From Hyphomonadaceae bacterium UBA1001 (GTDB lineage: Bacteria > Pseudomonadota > Alphaproteobacteria > Caulobacterales > Aquidulcibacteraceae): DNA of 45,593 nucleotides. The notes beneath the pieces are model-generated. The model had not been told where the DNA came from, searched no databases, and worked only from the letters and a program-made list of their open reading frames with translations. The stretch is taken from positions 1-45,593 of the forward strand of contig DBAV01000021.1 of assembly GCA_002291875.1 (NCBI GenBank), in the 5' to 3' direction. The translations under genes and the position numbers were made by a program. This document shows, in pieces, positions 1 to 10,608 of the stretch (positions are counted from its first letter, which is position 1; every line of letters starts with the position of its first letter).

Positions 1-181
1 GGGTCCCGGATGCGTCTTCGCTTCGCTCAGCCGTTCCGGGGTGACGGGTGTGTGTGTCTCAGGTCGCAGCCAGGAGGCTGTTGCCCGGGCCCGGCACAGC
101 CGGGGCCCAGATCCATCCCCTGACGTCGAGTTTCGACCGGACCGTATCGCCTGAACGGCAGATCGGCTGCCGCCTCGCGAT

Positions 182-355
182 TTACGAGACGCGGCCGCGC
201 AATTGCTCGATCTCTTCCTTGAGGCGCAGCTTGCGCCTCTTGAGGGCGGCGATCTCATGAGGGTCGGCGGCGGGGCTTCGCTCGGTCTGTCGGATCACCG
301 CGTCGAGATCGCGATGGCGCTGGTCCAATTCACGAATACGCGCTTCCACAGCCAT
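182..355 (-). CDS. DUF465 (YdcH-like) small coiled-coil protein
   Basis: 57-aa ORF from ATG 355 with GGAG at 366-363. MAVEARIRELDQRHRDLD...IAALKRRKLRLKEEIEQL fits the DUF465 LKxxKLxLK(D/E)EI signature. The longer track ORF (to 409) adds only a Gly/Ala/Pro-rich leader. Confidence 0.7.
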   Translation of the reverse strand: MAVEARIRELDQRHRDLDAVIRQTERSPAADPHEIAALKRRKLRLKEEIEQLRGRVS

Positions 356-583
356 AGAGCCGCTCCTTGCCGGTTGCGCGGGCCCCATGCCCGCTCCACG
401 AGTGAACACCCATGTCGGGGTTCATGTCGCTTCACATTGTGTTTCAGCTGCCATCCGCGACGTGGTGCAGCGTCGCATGCCTGCAGTGTGGGCAGACCGA
501 TTGCCGCATGATCGACAAAGCGGCCGAAACACGCCAAGAGCGGGATCACGTTCCGAGGGTCCGCGTCGAGGGGAAAACGCGCA

Positions 584-1207
584 ATGCTCACCGGCACACA
601 GATGGCGGCCCTGCTGGCGTCCAAGGTCTGTCATGACCTGGGCAATTCGATCGGTTCGATCACCAACTGTATCGACAGCCTGGATGACGCCACCCAGGCC
701 GACCAGCACGCGCTCTATCAGGAGATGCTGCGCAGCAATTCGCGCGCGGCGTGGATCAAGATGCGCTTCCTGCGGCTGGCGACGGGCTCTGCCATGATGG
801 GCAATGTCGACTGCGACATGTCCGAGGCCCGCACCGAGATCGAGGACATGTTCACCCTGTTCCAGCCGGAACTGGTCTGGCGGGTGGACGGTATCCGCGG
901 ACCCCGCGACGGCCTGCGCGCCGCGATGAACCTGCTCTACATCATGGGCGAGGCCATGCCGCGCGGCGGCACGGTCACATTCTCGGCCACAGCGTCACCC
1001 TTTGGATTTACGGTGGCGTGCGAAGGGCCGCGAATCTTCGTCAAACCGCACTTTCACAGCGGATTCAGGCTGGAGACACCGGCTGAGGGGATGGAATCGC
1101 ACCTTTTCCACCCCTATTACGCTGCAGCGCTGGCCCGCGACGCCGGTCTTGCCCTGACCACGCGTGAGGCCGAGAACCGGTTCGACATCGTGGCGACCCG
1201 CCCCTGA
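584..1207 (+). CDS. chpT: histidine phosphotransferase ChpT (CckA-to-CtrA/CpdR phosphorelay)
   Basis: 207 aa. The N-terminal H-box LASKVCHDLGNSIGSITNCIDSLDD resembles the ChpT/HPTransfase family (LCHDxxxPxxAIxxGLxLL), followed by a degenerate HATPase-like C-terminal half. The start could also be the Met at 602. Confidence 0.65.
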   Translation: MLTGTQMAALLASKVCHDLGNSIGSITNCIDSLDDATQADQHALYQEMLRSNSRAAWIKMRFLRLATGSAMMGNVDCDMSEARTEIEDMFTLFQPELVWRVDGIRGPRDGLRAAMNLLYIMGEAMPRGGTVTFSATASPFGFTVACEGPRIFVKPHFHSGFRLETPAEGMESHLFHPYYAAALARDAGLALTTREAENRFDIVATRP

Positions 1208-1289
1208 ACCGGCGGATGCCAGGCCGGGCGCAGCCCCGCACGCAGGCCGGTCATGGACCACGCTGCGGTCAGCCGCTAGCGATCGAAGC

Positions 1290-1760
1290 ATGAAAACCGG
1301 CGCTCCTTCCCCGGTCCTGCTTTTGCCCGATGCCGCGCACACGGTGGCGCTGGGTGCGGCCATCGGCGCATACTTCAAGGTCGGTGACCTGATCTGCCTG
1401 GGCGGACCGCTGGGTGCAGGAAAAACCACGCTGGCGCGCGGGGTGATCGCGGCCTGGACCGGACGCGAGGAAGACGTGCCCAGCCCGACCTTCAGCCTGG
1501 TGCAGACCTATGAAGGCGAACGTGGCCAGTTGTGGCACTGTGATCTCTATCGGCTGGACGGCCCCGGCGAGACCCTGGAACTGGGTCTTGATGATGCCTG
1601 GACCCAGGCTGCCACCCTGATCGAATGGCCCGATCGGCTTGGGCCATTCCTTCCCGGGCGACGGCTGGACGTCATCCTGGCACCGCTGTCCGGCGGCCGC
1701 AGTGTCACCTTCAGCGCCCATGGCGGGCACCCGGGACCGCAGGAGTGGGGACTGACGTGA
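1290..1760 (+). CDS. tsaE: tRNA t6A37 threonylcarbamoyladenosine biosynthesis ATPase TsaE
   Basis: P-loop GPLGAGKTTLARG, then PSPTFSLVQTY and HCDLYRL motifs typical of TsaE/YjeE. ATG at 1290 chosen over the longer 1164 ORF. Confidence 0.85.
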   Translation: MKTGAPSPVLLLPDAAHTVALGAAIGAYFKVGDLICLGGPLGAGKTTLARGVIAAWTGREEDVPSPTFSLVQTYEGERGQLWHCDLYRLDGPGETLELGLDDAWTQAATLIEWPDRLGPFLPGRRLDVILAPLSGGRSVTFSAHGGHPGPQEWGLT

Positions 1761-2872
1761 CAACGACCGACACCACCCATATGCGCGACACCGTGCGCGC
1801 CCGCCTGATCGCCCAAGCGGGGTTCCAGGGTGCCACCGAGCATCCCTTGCCCGGTGACGCCAGCACCCGTCGCTATATCCGCCTGCGTCGCCCGGACGGC
1901 GCAACGGCCATGCTGATGGACGCCCCGCCCAGCGCCGAGAGCGCACCGTGCGACCCCTCGTGGGACCGCGACCGCCGCATTGCCGAAGGATACAATGCCC
2001 AGGCCCGGCTGGCGGCTTCGCGGGTCGAGGCCTTTGTGGGGTTTGCGCGTCACCTCAATGCCGCCGGCCTGTCGGCGCCGCGGGTGATGAGCTGGGATCG
2101 TCCGGCGGGCCTTGCCGTGCTCGAAGACCTTGGTGACGCGGTCTATGCCGACGTTCTGGCCGACGGCGCGCCCGAGGCAGACCTCTATGCGACAGCGATC
2201 GCGGCGCTGGCGTCCTTGCACCGCCACGCGGCGCCGCCGGAACTCGAGCACGAAGGCGGGGCCTGGCCGCTGCTGGGTTATGACCGCACCGCGCTGCACG
2301 CCGAAGTGGCGCTGATGACCGACTGGTTCGGGGCGCGGCTGCTGGGCCGCGAGGTCGGCGACAGCGCCCGGGCTGATTTCCATGCGGCATGGGATGCGGC
2401 GTTCGACCGCCTGGATGGCGAAGAGCCCGTGATGGTGCTGCGCGATTATCACGCCCAGAACCTGATCTGGCTGCCCGATCGCGCGGGCGCCGCACGCACC
2501 GGACTGCTGGATTTTCAGGACGGCCTGGCGGGTCACCGAGCGTATGACCTCGTGTCACTGCTCGAGGATGCCCGCCGCGACGTTGCGCCTGCCCTGGCCA
2601 CCGACATGATCGCTGTTTACGAGGCCGAGGCCGGCATTGCCGACAGCGCGCGGTTCCGAGCCGCCTATGCGGTCCTGGGCGCCCAGCGCAATGCCAAGAT
2701 CGTCGGCATCTTCGCGCGGCTGGCGATCCGGGACGGCAAGCAACGGTATCTGGCCCTGCTGCCACGGGTGACCGGCCTGCTGCGGCGCAACCTCCTGCAT
2801 CCCGCCCTCGGCGCGGTGTCGGCCTGGGTGGCACGGCATCTGCCGGTCGACAGCTGGGAATCCGGGCAGTGA
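1757..2872 (+). CDS. amgK: aminoglycoside-phosphotransferase-fold kinase, AmgK-like (N-acetylmuramate/N-acetylglucosamine kinase)
   Basis: APH/ChoK fold motifs LRDYHAQNLIW (HxxN catalytic loop) and LLDFQDG (DFG-like). GTG 1757 overlaps the tsaE stop (GTGA). The conserved tsaE-amgK-murU order supports the call. Confidence 0.6.
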   Translation: MTTTDTTHMRDTVRARLIAQAGFQGATEHPLPGDASTRRYIRLRRPDGATAMLMDAPPSAESAPCDPSWDRDRRIAEGYNAQARLAASRVEAFVGFARHLNAAGLSAPRVMSWDRPAGLAVLEDLGDAVYADVLADGAPEADLYATAIAALASLHRHAAPPELEHEGGAWPLLGYDRTALHAEVALMTDWFGARLLGREVGDSARADFHAAWDAAFDRLDGEEPVMVLRDYHAQNLIWLPDRAGAARTGLLDFQDGLAGHRAYDLVSLLEDARRDVAPALATDMIAVYEAEAGIADSARFRAAYAVLGAQRNAKIVGIFARLAIRDGKQRYLALLPRVTGLLRRNLLHPALGAVSAWVARHLPVDSWESGQ

Positions 2873-3603
2873 GCGCCCTGCCGAAGGCCGCCATGGTGCT
2901 GGCCGCCGGACTGGGCACGCGGATGCGCCCGCTGACCTTCAGCGTCCCCAAACCGCTGGTTCAGGTGGGAGGGCGCGCCCTTGTGGACCACATGCTTGAC
3001 CGGCTGGCCTCAATGGACCTAGATACTGTGGTCATCAATGTGCATTGGCTGGCCGACCAGCTGGAGGCCCATGTCCGCAATCGCGCCCAGCAGGCCGGCA
3101 TGCCCCGCCTTGTCATCTCGGACGAGCGCGCACGGCTCATGGAGACGGGCGGTGCACTGGTTCAGGCCCGTGGTCTCCTGGGCGATGACCCGATCTTCGT
3201 GTGCAATACCGACCAGACCTGGACCGACCCGGGTGCCTTCCAGCGCCTGGCCGGCGGGTTCGATTCCGCGCGCCACGACGCGGTGCTTCTGCTGGCGCGG
3301 CGCGAGCACGCGCGCGGTTATGCCGGCCGGGGTGATTTCCACCTCGCCGCCGACGGCACCCTCCAGCGCCGCGGCAGTCACCCCAACGATCGCGCCGACT
3401 TCGTCTATGCTGGCGCGCAAATCCTGGATCCGCGCCTGCTGGACGGGTTTGCGTGCGAGCCGTTCAGCGTCAACAAGGCCTGGGACATCGCGCTGGCGCG
3501 GGGCAGGCTCTGCGGGGTGGAGCTGGAAGGCCCATGGCTGCATGTCGGTGACCCCGAGGCGCTGGACGACGCCAACCGCTTTCTGGCGGGCATTGCCGCC
3601 TGA
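2869..3603 (+). CDS. murU: sugar-1-phosphate nucleotidyltransferase, MurU-like (MurNAc-alpha-1-P uridylyltransferase)
   Basis: N-terminal LAAGLGTRMRPLT(x)PKPLV nucleotidyltransferase signature. 244 aa. GTGA overlap with the upstream kinase. Confidence 0.6.
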   Translation: MSALPKAAMVLAAGLGTRMRPLTFSVPKPLVQVGGRALVDHMLDRLASMDLDTVVINVHWLADQLEAHVRNRAQQAGMPRLVISDERARLMETGGALVQARGLLGDDPIFVCNTDQTWTDPGAFQRLAGGFDSARHDAVLLLARREHARGYAGRGDFHLAADGTLQRRGSHPNDRADFVYAGAQILDPRLLDGFACEPFSVNKAWDIALARGRLCGVELEGPWLHVGDPEALDDANRFLAGIAA

Positions 3604-3626
3604 CGGCGCGGTTGGGAGCGCTTGAT

Positions 3627-6600
3627 ATGGGCCTCTTCGACCAATCGGCGCAGAAGGTCTTTTCCATCCCCGCCGGCGCGCCCTTTCTGGATGTGCTGGC
3701 GCGAGAGCTGGTCAGGGGCCTGGAAGACGACCCTTTCGCCCTGATCGACACCGAGGTGTGGGTGCCGGGCCGCCGCGCGGGCCGGGCGCTGGGCGAGGCG
3801 ATCGGCCGTGCCCTGGGCACCGAGGCCGCCCTCCTGCCAGCAATCCGGGCGCTGGGCGACCTGGATGAGCCGGGGGTGCTGGTCGGGATGGAGGGCGCGC
3901 TGGACGTTGCGCCCGCCATCGGCAATTTGCAGCGACGTTTCCTCCTGGTCACACTGATCCGGCAGCTGGACTCGGCGTCGGGGCGGCCGGAACGCGGCCT
4001 GCCGTCCGCCATCGCCGCAGCCGACGCGCTGGCCCGCCTGCTGGACGAGTCGGGGCGTCATGGCGGTATCGACTGGTCCACGCTGGATCGTGCCATGGAG
4101 GAGGACCAGGTCGCCGAGCACTTCGCGGTCAGCCAGCGTTTCCTCGGCATTCTGGGCCCGGCGTGGCGGACGATCCTCGACGACCTCGGGGTATGCGACA
4201 CCGGTGACCGGCTGCACAGGCTGGTCGAGGCCACCGCCGCGCGTGTGCGGACGGCGACCAACCGCATCGTCATCGCCGGCTCGACCGGGGCGGATGTCGA
4301 GACCCGGGTGCTGATGCGCGCGGTGCTCGAGGCGCCGAACGGGCGGCTGGTGTTCCAGGGTGTCGAGGCGGCGATGGCCGAGGCCACGCGCAGCGCCCTG
4401 GCGCCCTCGCACCCGCAGTATGTCCTGTCCTCCACGCTGCGCGACCTCAAGATCGCGCACGCGCAGGTGCAGACGCTGGGAAATGCCGCGGAAGCAGAGG
4501 CGCGCACGCGCCTGCTGGCGCTGGCGCTGGCCCCGCCGGAAGACACTTCGGACTGGGTGGCCAAAGCGCCTCAGATCGCCACCGACGAGGCTGCGAACGG
4601 CCTGACGATCCTGGCGACCGATACACCTGACGAAGAAGCCCGTGTAATCGCGCTGATGCTGCGCGAGACGCTGGAAACCCCGGATCGTACGGCTGCCCTG
4701 GTGACCCCCGACGAGGGTCTGGCGTTCCGGGTGTCGGCGGTCCTGCGCCGATGGGGAATCGCCGCACCGCCCTCGGCGGGGCGTCGGCTGGCTGAAACGC
4801 CGCCTGCAACCTTGCTGCGCCTGCTTGCGGCCATTGCCGCCGCCCCGGCAGACCCGGTCCCGCTCGCCGCGCTGCTGCAGCATCCACTCGCCAGCCTGGG
4901 GCATAACCCGGCCTCCGCCCAGAAGATGCACGTCACCACGGTCCGCGTGCTGCGCGAGCATGACCCGGTGCCGCGCGCCCTGCATGCCCGGATCGCGGTG
5001 CTGACCGACAAACACGTACGGTCGGAACACCCACGCACGCAGTCTGCCCTGCAGGTTGCGGTGACAATCCTTTCAAGGGTCAGCCAGGCCCTGGGGCAAG
5101 GCCAGGGCGAAGCGCGCGATCTGCTGGCAGATGAACCGGCGAATGCCGCGCAATGGGGCGCGCGTCTGAGGGCATCCTTCCTTGCTTTTATCGCTGGCGG
5201 CGATTCGCGCGGGTGGACGCGCATGGAGGAAGAGGCCATCGCAGGGGCGCTGGACCTGCTGGCGGCCGAGGGCGCCACGAGCGAGCCCCTTGCGCCGGCC
5301 GACCTGCCGGGATTGGTGGATGCACTGCTCGAGCGCCGGGTGCGCCTGGGCGAGGATCACCCGCGCCTGGCCATCTGGAGCCCGCTGGAGGCGCGGCTGC
5401 AGACCCACGACCTGATGATCCTGGGGGGCCTGACCGAGGACACCTGGCCCGAGGCGGCGCGGCGTGAACCCGTGCTGTCGCGGCGCATGCGGGCGCGCCT
5501 TGGCCTGACATCGCCCGACCAGGATCGCGGCCTCGCCGCGCACGACTTCTTCCAGTTCGCCAGCCTGCCACGGGTGGTCCTGACCTGGTGCCGGCGCTGC
5601 AAGGGTCGGCCTGCGGTGATGTCGGGATGGCTGCGCCGCATCGAGACGCTGGCGACCGCAATCGAACGCGACGACCTGTTCCGGCCTGCGCCCGACGCCG
5701 ATCCGCTCGCCCTCGCGCGCCGCCTGGACCGTCCGCCAGGACCGCCGCGCCCTGAACGTGCACCCGCGCCCAAGCCGCCCGTCGAGCAGCGGCCGAGGCG
5801 GTTTTCGGCCAGCCGGGTATCGACCCTGATCCGCGACCCGTTCTCGATTTATGCGCGCGACATCCTGCGCATTCCGTCGGTCGGCTCGTTCCTGCGACAG
5901 CCGGATGTGCGCGAAACCGGCACCGCCGTTCATAGCGCCCTCGAGGACTGGACCCACGCGGGCAATTTCGATGCCCTCGACGATCTGGAACACAGGATTG
6001 CCGGGCAGTTGGCCAGCCTTGGTTTCCCCCCGATGGACGTGAGCGAGCGCTTGTCGCGCATGCGCCCGGCGCTGGTCACCATCGCTGCCCGGATGCGCGA
6101 TGATGCCCGCGAAGGCTGGACGTTCGAGACCGAAAAGTCGTTCGAGCGCAAGATCGTGGTCGAGGGGGTCGAATTCACCCTGAGCGGCGTCGCGGACCGC
6201 GTGGACACTTTCGGTGGCCAGTTCCGGATCTGGGACTACAAATCGGGCACACCACCCACCTCCAATGAAGTGATTTCGGGGCTGGAGCCCCAGCTGCCGA
6301 TCCTGGGCTGGCTGCAGCGTCAGCAGATGGGCGGCACCGCCCCGTGCGCGGTAATCGGGTATGTGCATGTGGGCAAGCCGGGCAGGAACAAGGACACCAT
6401 CCAGCCGGTGAGGCGCAAGGGCGACAAGAACCAGTCGGCAGTGGACGGGCCCGAGCTGCTCGACCGGATCGAGCAGGACCTGATGAAGGTGCTGGCGGCC
6501 TATCTGGACCCCAACCAGCCCTATCTGTCCAAGCCGCGGGCCAAATTTGCCAACAAATACGGCGATTACGACCATCTGGCGCGACGCGGTGAGTGGGCGG

Positions 6601-6641
6601 CGGGCGTCAGCGAGGACGATGACGGGGGCGGTGGGGAATGA
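3627..6641 (+). CDS. addB: double-strand break repair protein AddB (alphaproteobacterial type)
   Basis: About 1000 aa ORF immediately upstream of and overlapping addA. C-terminal PD-(D/E)xK nuclease motif (ADRVD...IWDYKSG). ATG 3627 sits 8 nt after GGGAG; the track ORF starts at TTG 3612. Confidence 0.8.
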   Translation: MGLFDQSAQKVFSIPAGAPFLDVLARELVRGLEDDPFALIDTEVWVPGRRAGRALGEAIGRALGTEAALLPAIRALGDLDEPGVLVGMEGALDVAPAIGNLQRRFLLVTLIRQLDSASGRPERGLPSAIAAADALARLLDESGRHGGIDWSTLDRAMEEDQVAEHFAVSQRFLGILGPAWRTILDDLGVCDTGDRLHRLVEATAARVRTATNRIVIAGSTGADVETRVLMRAVLEAPNGRLVFQGVEAAMAEATRSALAPSHPQYVLSSTLRDLKIAHAQVQTLGNAAEAEARTRLLALALAPPEDTSDWVAKAPQIATDEAANGLTILATDTPDEEARVIALMLRETLETPDRTAALVTPDEGLAFRVSAVLRRWGIAAPPSAGRRLAETPPATLLRLLAAIAAAPADPVPLAALLQHPLASLGHNPASAQKMHVTTVRVLREHDPVPRALHARIAVLTDKHVRSEHPRTQSALQVAVTILSRVSQALGQGQGEARDLLADEPANAAQWGARLRASFLAFIAGGDSRGWTRMEEEAIAGALDLLAAEGATSEPLAPADLPGLVDALLERRVRLGEDHPRLAIWSPLEARLQTHDLMILGGLTEDTWPEAARREPVLSRRMRARLGLTSPDQDRGLAAHDFFQFASLPRVVLTWCRRCKGRPAVMSGWLRRIETLATAIERDDLFRPAPDADPLALARRLDRPPGPPRPERAPAPKPPVEQRPRRFSASRVSTLIRDPFSIYARDILRIPSVGSFLRQPDVRETGTAVHSALEDWTHAGNFDALDDLEHRIAGQLASLGFPPMDVSERLSRMRPALVTIAARMRDDAREGWTFETEKSFERKIVVEGVEFTLSGVADRVDTFGGQFRIWDYKSGTPPTSNEVISGLEPQLPILGWLQRQQMGGTAPCAVIGYVHVGKPGRNKDTIQPVRRKGDKNQSAVDGPELLDRIEQDLMKVLAAYLDPNQPYLSKPRAKFANKYGDYDHLARRGEWAAGVSEDDDGGGGE

Positions 6642-9600
6642 GCGCGACCGATCCAACCCGTTCGTTCTGGGTCGAGGCGAATGCCGGCTCGGGCAAAACC
6701 ACCACGCTGACCCGGCGGGTGGCGCGTCTGCTGCTGTCCGGTGCGGACCCGGGCCATGTGTTGTGCGTGACCTTCACCAAGACCGCTGCGGCCGAAATGC
6801 AGGACCGCCTGTTCGACACCCTGGGCAAGTGGTCCGTCATGCCCGACGCGAAGCTGCGAGAGGAGCTCGAGAAGATCGGCGAGACCCCGGGCGAAGACCT
6901 TTCCATGCCGCGCCGTCTGTTCGCGCGGGCGCTGGAAACGCCGGGCGGCCTGCGCATCCAGACCATTCACGCCTTCTGCACCGACCTGCTCAAGCGGTTT
7001 CCGTTCGAGGCAGACGTCTCGCCGGGCTTCGAAACACTGGAAGACGTGGCCCATGCCGCGCTGATCGAGCGCGAATGGGCAGCCTTTCGCGAACGCCTTG
7101 CGCCCGAGGAAACATGCGCGCAGGCCCTGACCGACCTCGCATTCCAGCTGTCGCCGGAGGGCTTTGACAAACTGCCCGCGCTGCTGGTGCGCAACCACGC
7201 CGATGCGCTGAGCTGGCTCGCGCAGAGAGCAGGGGGCTGCCGCGAGACTGCGCGCCGACAGATATTCGAGACGCGGGGGCTGACCGAGGACGATTGCGAA
7301 CAGGTACTGATGCGGCGCATCGAGGAAAGCGCACTGCGGAGCAGGCTGGCGACATGGTGCACGCTGCTGACCGTCGCGAAACGCAGCAAAGTCGAACCCC
7401 TCATACACCTTGGCGACGCAGACACCGTCATCGAGCTCTTCGATGAGATCACAAGCGAATGGAAGAAGGTCGACGCCCTGCCGCGCCTTCCGTTGACGAA
7501 ACGGGCGCAAAAGAACCCTGGTGACGCCTGGGGTGGCCCGGAAAAATATCACCGCGTTCTGGACGAGCTGACCGAGCATGTCCGCTGGCTGCTGTCCCTG
7601 CGTGCCGCGGGGCGCAGCGCGGGACTGCTGGCGCTGACGCTCGACTGGGGCGCACACTGGGCCGAGGCGCTGCGGTCGCGCGGCGCGTTGGGGTTCGACG
7701 ACCTGGTACGCCAGGCGCGCGACGTGCTCTCGCGCGACGGCGGGGTGAACTGGGTCAACTACAAGCTGGACCAGACCATCCGACACATCCTGGTCGACGA
7801 GGCCCAGGACACCAGCCCGGCGCAATGGGCCGTGCTGCGGCCCCTTCTGGACGAGATCACCGCCGGGGCGGGGGCCGAGTATGACCGGCTGGACAACGCC
7901 CAGCGCACCGCATTCGTGGTGGGCGACCCCAAGCAGTCGATCTTTTCTTTCCAGGGCGCGGACATTGACGAGTTCAAGGCCCAACGCGGCAAGAGCGCCC
8001 TGCTCGAGGACTTCGCCCTGACCGAGAGCTTCCGCTCGGTCCCCGAAATCCTGGAGCTGGCAGACCGCGTGTGCGGCGCCACGGGGGACGACGCCTTCCG
8101 CGACGTGCGCCACGTCTCCAACCGTGCCGGCAAGGCCCATGCCGGATGCGCCGAACTGTGGTCGCTGTTCCTGCCCGACGACAAGGGCGACGCACCCGAG
8201 CCGTGGGACGCGCCGCGCGACACCGTTCCAGAGACCCATCCCGCCATGCGCCTGGCACGCGTGATCGCGGCGGAAATCCGGAACTGGATCGAGCAGGGTG
8301 AGCGGGTGTACGACCGCACCGCGCACGCGCTGCGCCCGATGCGCTGGGGCGATGTGCTGATCCTCGTGCGCAAGCGGCGCGACGTTTACAATGCGATCAA
8401 CCGCGCCTTGCTGGAGGCCGGAATTCCCACCGGGGGCGCCGACCTCATCAAGCTGAAGGACGCGGTGGTGGTGCGCGACCTGTGCGCGGCGCTGCGCATC
8501 ACCGTCTGTCCCGACGATTGCCTGGCCTTGGCAGAGCTGTTGCGCAGCCCGCTGCTGGGATGGACCAGCGAGCAGCTGGAGGCGCTGTGCCTTGCGCGAC
8601 AACACGTCGCCCACAGCCGCCGCCTGTTCGAGCAGCTGGAGGCCGAGGCCAGCCATGCTGACGCGCCGGCCCATGTGCGCGAGGCGCACGAATTCCTGAC
8701 CCACCTGCGCGCCGCCTGGTCGCTGGGGGACGTCGCGGAGGTGGTGTCGGCGGCGCTCGAGCACCTGTTCGAAGAGCCCGACGGCCAGCGTGTGTCGGGT
8801 CGTCGTCGCTTTGCAGCGCGGCTGGGCACGACGATGACCGAGCCGCTGGAAGAGTTCCTGACGCTGGCGCACGGTTTCGCAGCGCGCGCCTGCACGGGCA
8901 TCGAAGGCTTTCTCGACGAAATCCTGACCTCGGACATCGACGTCAAGCGCGAACCCGGCCATGGCGATGGCGGCGTGCGCGTGATGACGGTGCACGGGGC
9001 CAAGGGACTCGAGGCACCAGTGGTCATCCTGCCCGACACCGTCTCGAAGCCCAAGAGCACGCTCGACTGCCTCCAGCTCTGCCCCGAGAAGGGTCCGTGC
9101 TGGATGCCAGCCTCGCAGGGTGAGGATGACGACGTGGCGGGCGTGCTGCGGGAAAGGGCAATTGGCGCCATCACGCGCGAGGAGCTGCGGATGCTCTATG
9201 TGGCGCTGACGCGCCCGCGCGACCGCATAGTCATCTGTGGGGCCAAGAACAACACTAAGCAAACGCCCCCGGAATGCTTTTATGAACGGGTGCGCCCGCC
9301 CTTCGAGGCCTGGGCCGCAGACACGGGCATCGCCTCTGTCGAAACGCATATCGATATCGGACGGACGCAGCCGGAAACGGTTTCGGTTTGGCGGATCGGA
9401 ACACTGCATGGTTCGGGCGCCGCAGAGGGCCCCACGGCCGCACTCGAGGCGTCGGCCCTGCCGGCCTGGGTGACCGAACGCCCGAACGAAACCGCCGCCG
9501 AACGAAGGGGCTTTGCGGCAGGGGGGGGGCGCGGCGCCGCGCTGACACGCCTTGCCGGGGTGTATGATGCCGCCTCGGCGTTTGCCGAGGAGCGACGCTC

Positions 9601-10114
9601 GCGCGGAACGCTGCTGCATCTGCTGTTGCAGCACCTGCCAGCCAAGCCCGCCGACAGACGCGAATCGATTGCGCTGGAACACCTGCGTCGCAACGGAATC
9701 CACGACGTGGCGGTCGCGCATCAGGCGTTGGCGATCCTAAATGATCCGCACTTTGGCGAGGTGTTCGGCCCCCACTCGCGCGCCGAGGTGCCGATCTCGG
9801 GGGTGGTGGATGGCCCCCTCGGGCCCGAGCGCCGCAATGGCCGCATCGATCGGCTGGTCCTGTTGCCCGACCGAACCGTGGTGGTCGACTTCAAGTCGAA
9901 CCTGGTCGTGCCCGGCAGGCCCGAAGACGCGCCACCGGATTACATCGAGCAATTGGCGGTCTATCGCGCCCTGCTGCAGAAGGCGCGACCGGGCATGCCG
10001 GTCGAGTGTGCCTTCATCTGGTCCGAGGGGCCCCTGCTGATGCCGGTTCCCGCGGCCCTGATGGATGCAGCGATGCGGGGTGCCGTGATTGAACCCCTGC
10101 CTGTGGACGCCTAG
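6638..10114 (+). CDS. addA: double-strand break repair helicase-nuclease AddA (UvrD/PcrA-like)
   Basis: Walker [12 protein letters not shown], UvrD-type motifs ([43 protein letters not shown]) and a C-terminal RecB-type nuclease (IDRLV...VVDFKSN). ATGA overlap with addB. Confidence 0.9.
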   Translation: MSATDPTRSFWVEANAGSGKTTTLTRRVARLLLSGADPGHVLCVTFTKTAAAEMQDRLFDTLGKWSVMPDAKLREELEKIGETPGEDLSMPRRLFARALETPGGLRIQTIHAFCTDLLKRFPFEADVSPGFETLEDVAHAALIEREWAAFRERLAPEETCAQALTDLAFQLSPEGFDKLPALLVRNHADALSWLAQRAGGCRETARRQIFETRGLTEDDCEQVLMRRIEESALRSRLATWCTLLTVAKRSKVEPLIHLGDADTVIELFDEITSEWKKVDALPRLPLTKRAQKNPGDAWGGPEKYHRVLDELTEHVRWLLSLRAAGRSAGLLALTLDWGAHWAEALRSRGALGFDDLVRQARDVLSRDGGVNWVNYKLDQTIRHILVDEAQDTSPAQWAVLRPLLDEITAGAGAEYDRLDNAQRTAFVVGDPKQSIFSFQGADIDEFKAQRGKSALLEDFALTESFRSVPEILELADRVCGATGDDAFRDVRHVSNRAGKAHAGCAELWSLFLPDDKGDAPEPWDAPRDTVPETHPAMRLARVIAAEIRNWIEQGERVYDRTAHALRPMRWGDVLILVRKRRDVYNAINRALLEAGIPTGGADLIKLKDAVVVRDLCAALRITVCPDDCLALAELLRSPLLGWTSEQLEALCLARQHVAHSRRLFEQLEAEASHADAPAHVREAHEFLTHLRAAWSLGDVAEVVSAALEHLFEEPDGQRVSGRRRFAARLGTTMTEPLEEFLTLAHGFAARACTGIEGFLDEILTSDIDVKREPGHGDGGVRVMTVHGAKGLEAPVVILPDTVSKPKSTLDCLQLCPEKGPCWMPASQGEDDDVAGVLRERAIGAITREELRMLYVALTRPRDRIVICGAKNNTKQTPPECFYERVRPPFEAWAADTGIASVETHIDIGRTQPETVSVWRIGTLHGSGAAEGPTAALEASALPAWVTERPNETAAERRGFAAGGGRGAALTRLAGVYDAASAFAEERRSRGTLLHLLLQHLPAKPADRRESIALEHLRRNGIHDVAVAHQALAILNDPHFGEVFGPHSRAEVPISGVVDGPLGPERRNGRIDRLVLLPDRTVVVDFKSNLVVPGRPEDAPPDYIEQLAVYRALLQKARPGMPVECAFIWSEGPLLMPVPAALMDAAMRGAVIEPLPVDA

Positions 10115-10160
10115 ATCGCGGCGACGGCCACGGTGGCTGACGGATCAGGGACACCGACCG

Positions 10161-10487
10161 ATGCCCACGCTTGCGATCACTGACGACAGCTTCGAACAGG
10201 ACGTCCTGGAGGCACCGGGCCCGGTGCTGGTGGACTTCTGGGCCGAATGGTGCGGGCCGTGCAAGCAGATCGCCCCGGTCTTGGAAGAGATCGCCGGCGA
10301 TTACGAGGGCCGGCTGACGGTCGCCAAGATGAACATCGACGAGAACCTCCTGACCCCCGGCCGCTACAATGTCCGCGGAATCCCGACGCTGATGGTGTTC
10401 CGGGACGGCAAGCTGGCGGCCACCAAGACCGGCACCATGGCCAAATCGCGTCTGTCCGAGTGGCTGAAGGAAGTCGGCGTCGGCTGA
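10161..10487 (+). CDS. trxA: thioredoxin
   Basis: 108 aa with [12 protein letters not shown] active site and a GIPTLMVF motif. Confidence 0.95.
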   Translation: MPTLAITDDSFEQDVLEAPGPVLVDFWAEWCGPCKQIAPVLEEIAGDYEGRLTVAKMNIDENLLTPGRYNVRGIPTLMVFRDGKLAATKTGTMAKSRLSEWLKEVGVG

Positions 10488-10515
10488 GGCGACACACAAA
10501 GCCCTGCTAAAAAGT

Positions 10516-10547
10516 AGGGAAATGACGGATTGGACGTCAATTTCCCT
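10516..10547 (+). terminator. AT-rich compound hairpin downstream of trxA (candidate intrinsic terminator or operator)
   Basis: AGGGAAATGACG-gattgga-CGTC(A)ATTTCCCT followed by TTG, 29 nt after the trxA stop. It is one of the few AT-rich patches in the window. Confidence 0.3.
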
Positions 10548-10608
10548 TTGCACTGCGCCCCGCCCTCGCGTCACAACATCTCTGTCTTGACTGACTGGGG
10601 GATGTTTC

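Noticed and set aside
48-57. (GT)5 microsatellite and a nearby GC hairpin (about 95-116) at the left edge
   Set aside because: The repeat is too short to be meaningful. The hairpin lacks a U-tract, and no complete gene context is visible at the window edge.
6566-9721. 1051-aa ORF on the minus strand, antisense to addA
   Set aside because: Typical high-GC shadow ORF. It is Arg/Ala/Gly/Pro-rich with no recognisable motifs, and it lies fully inside a gene with unambiguous UvrD/AddA motifs on the other strand.
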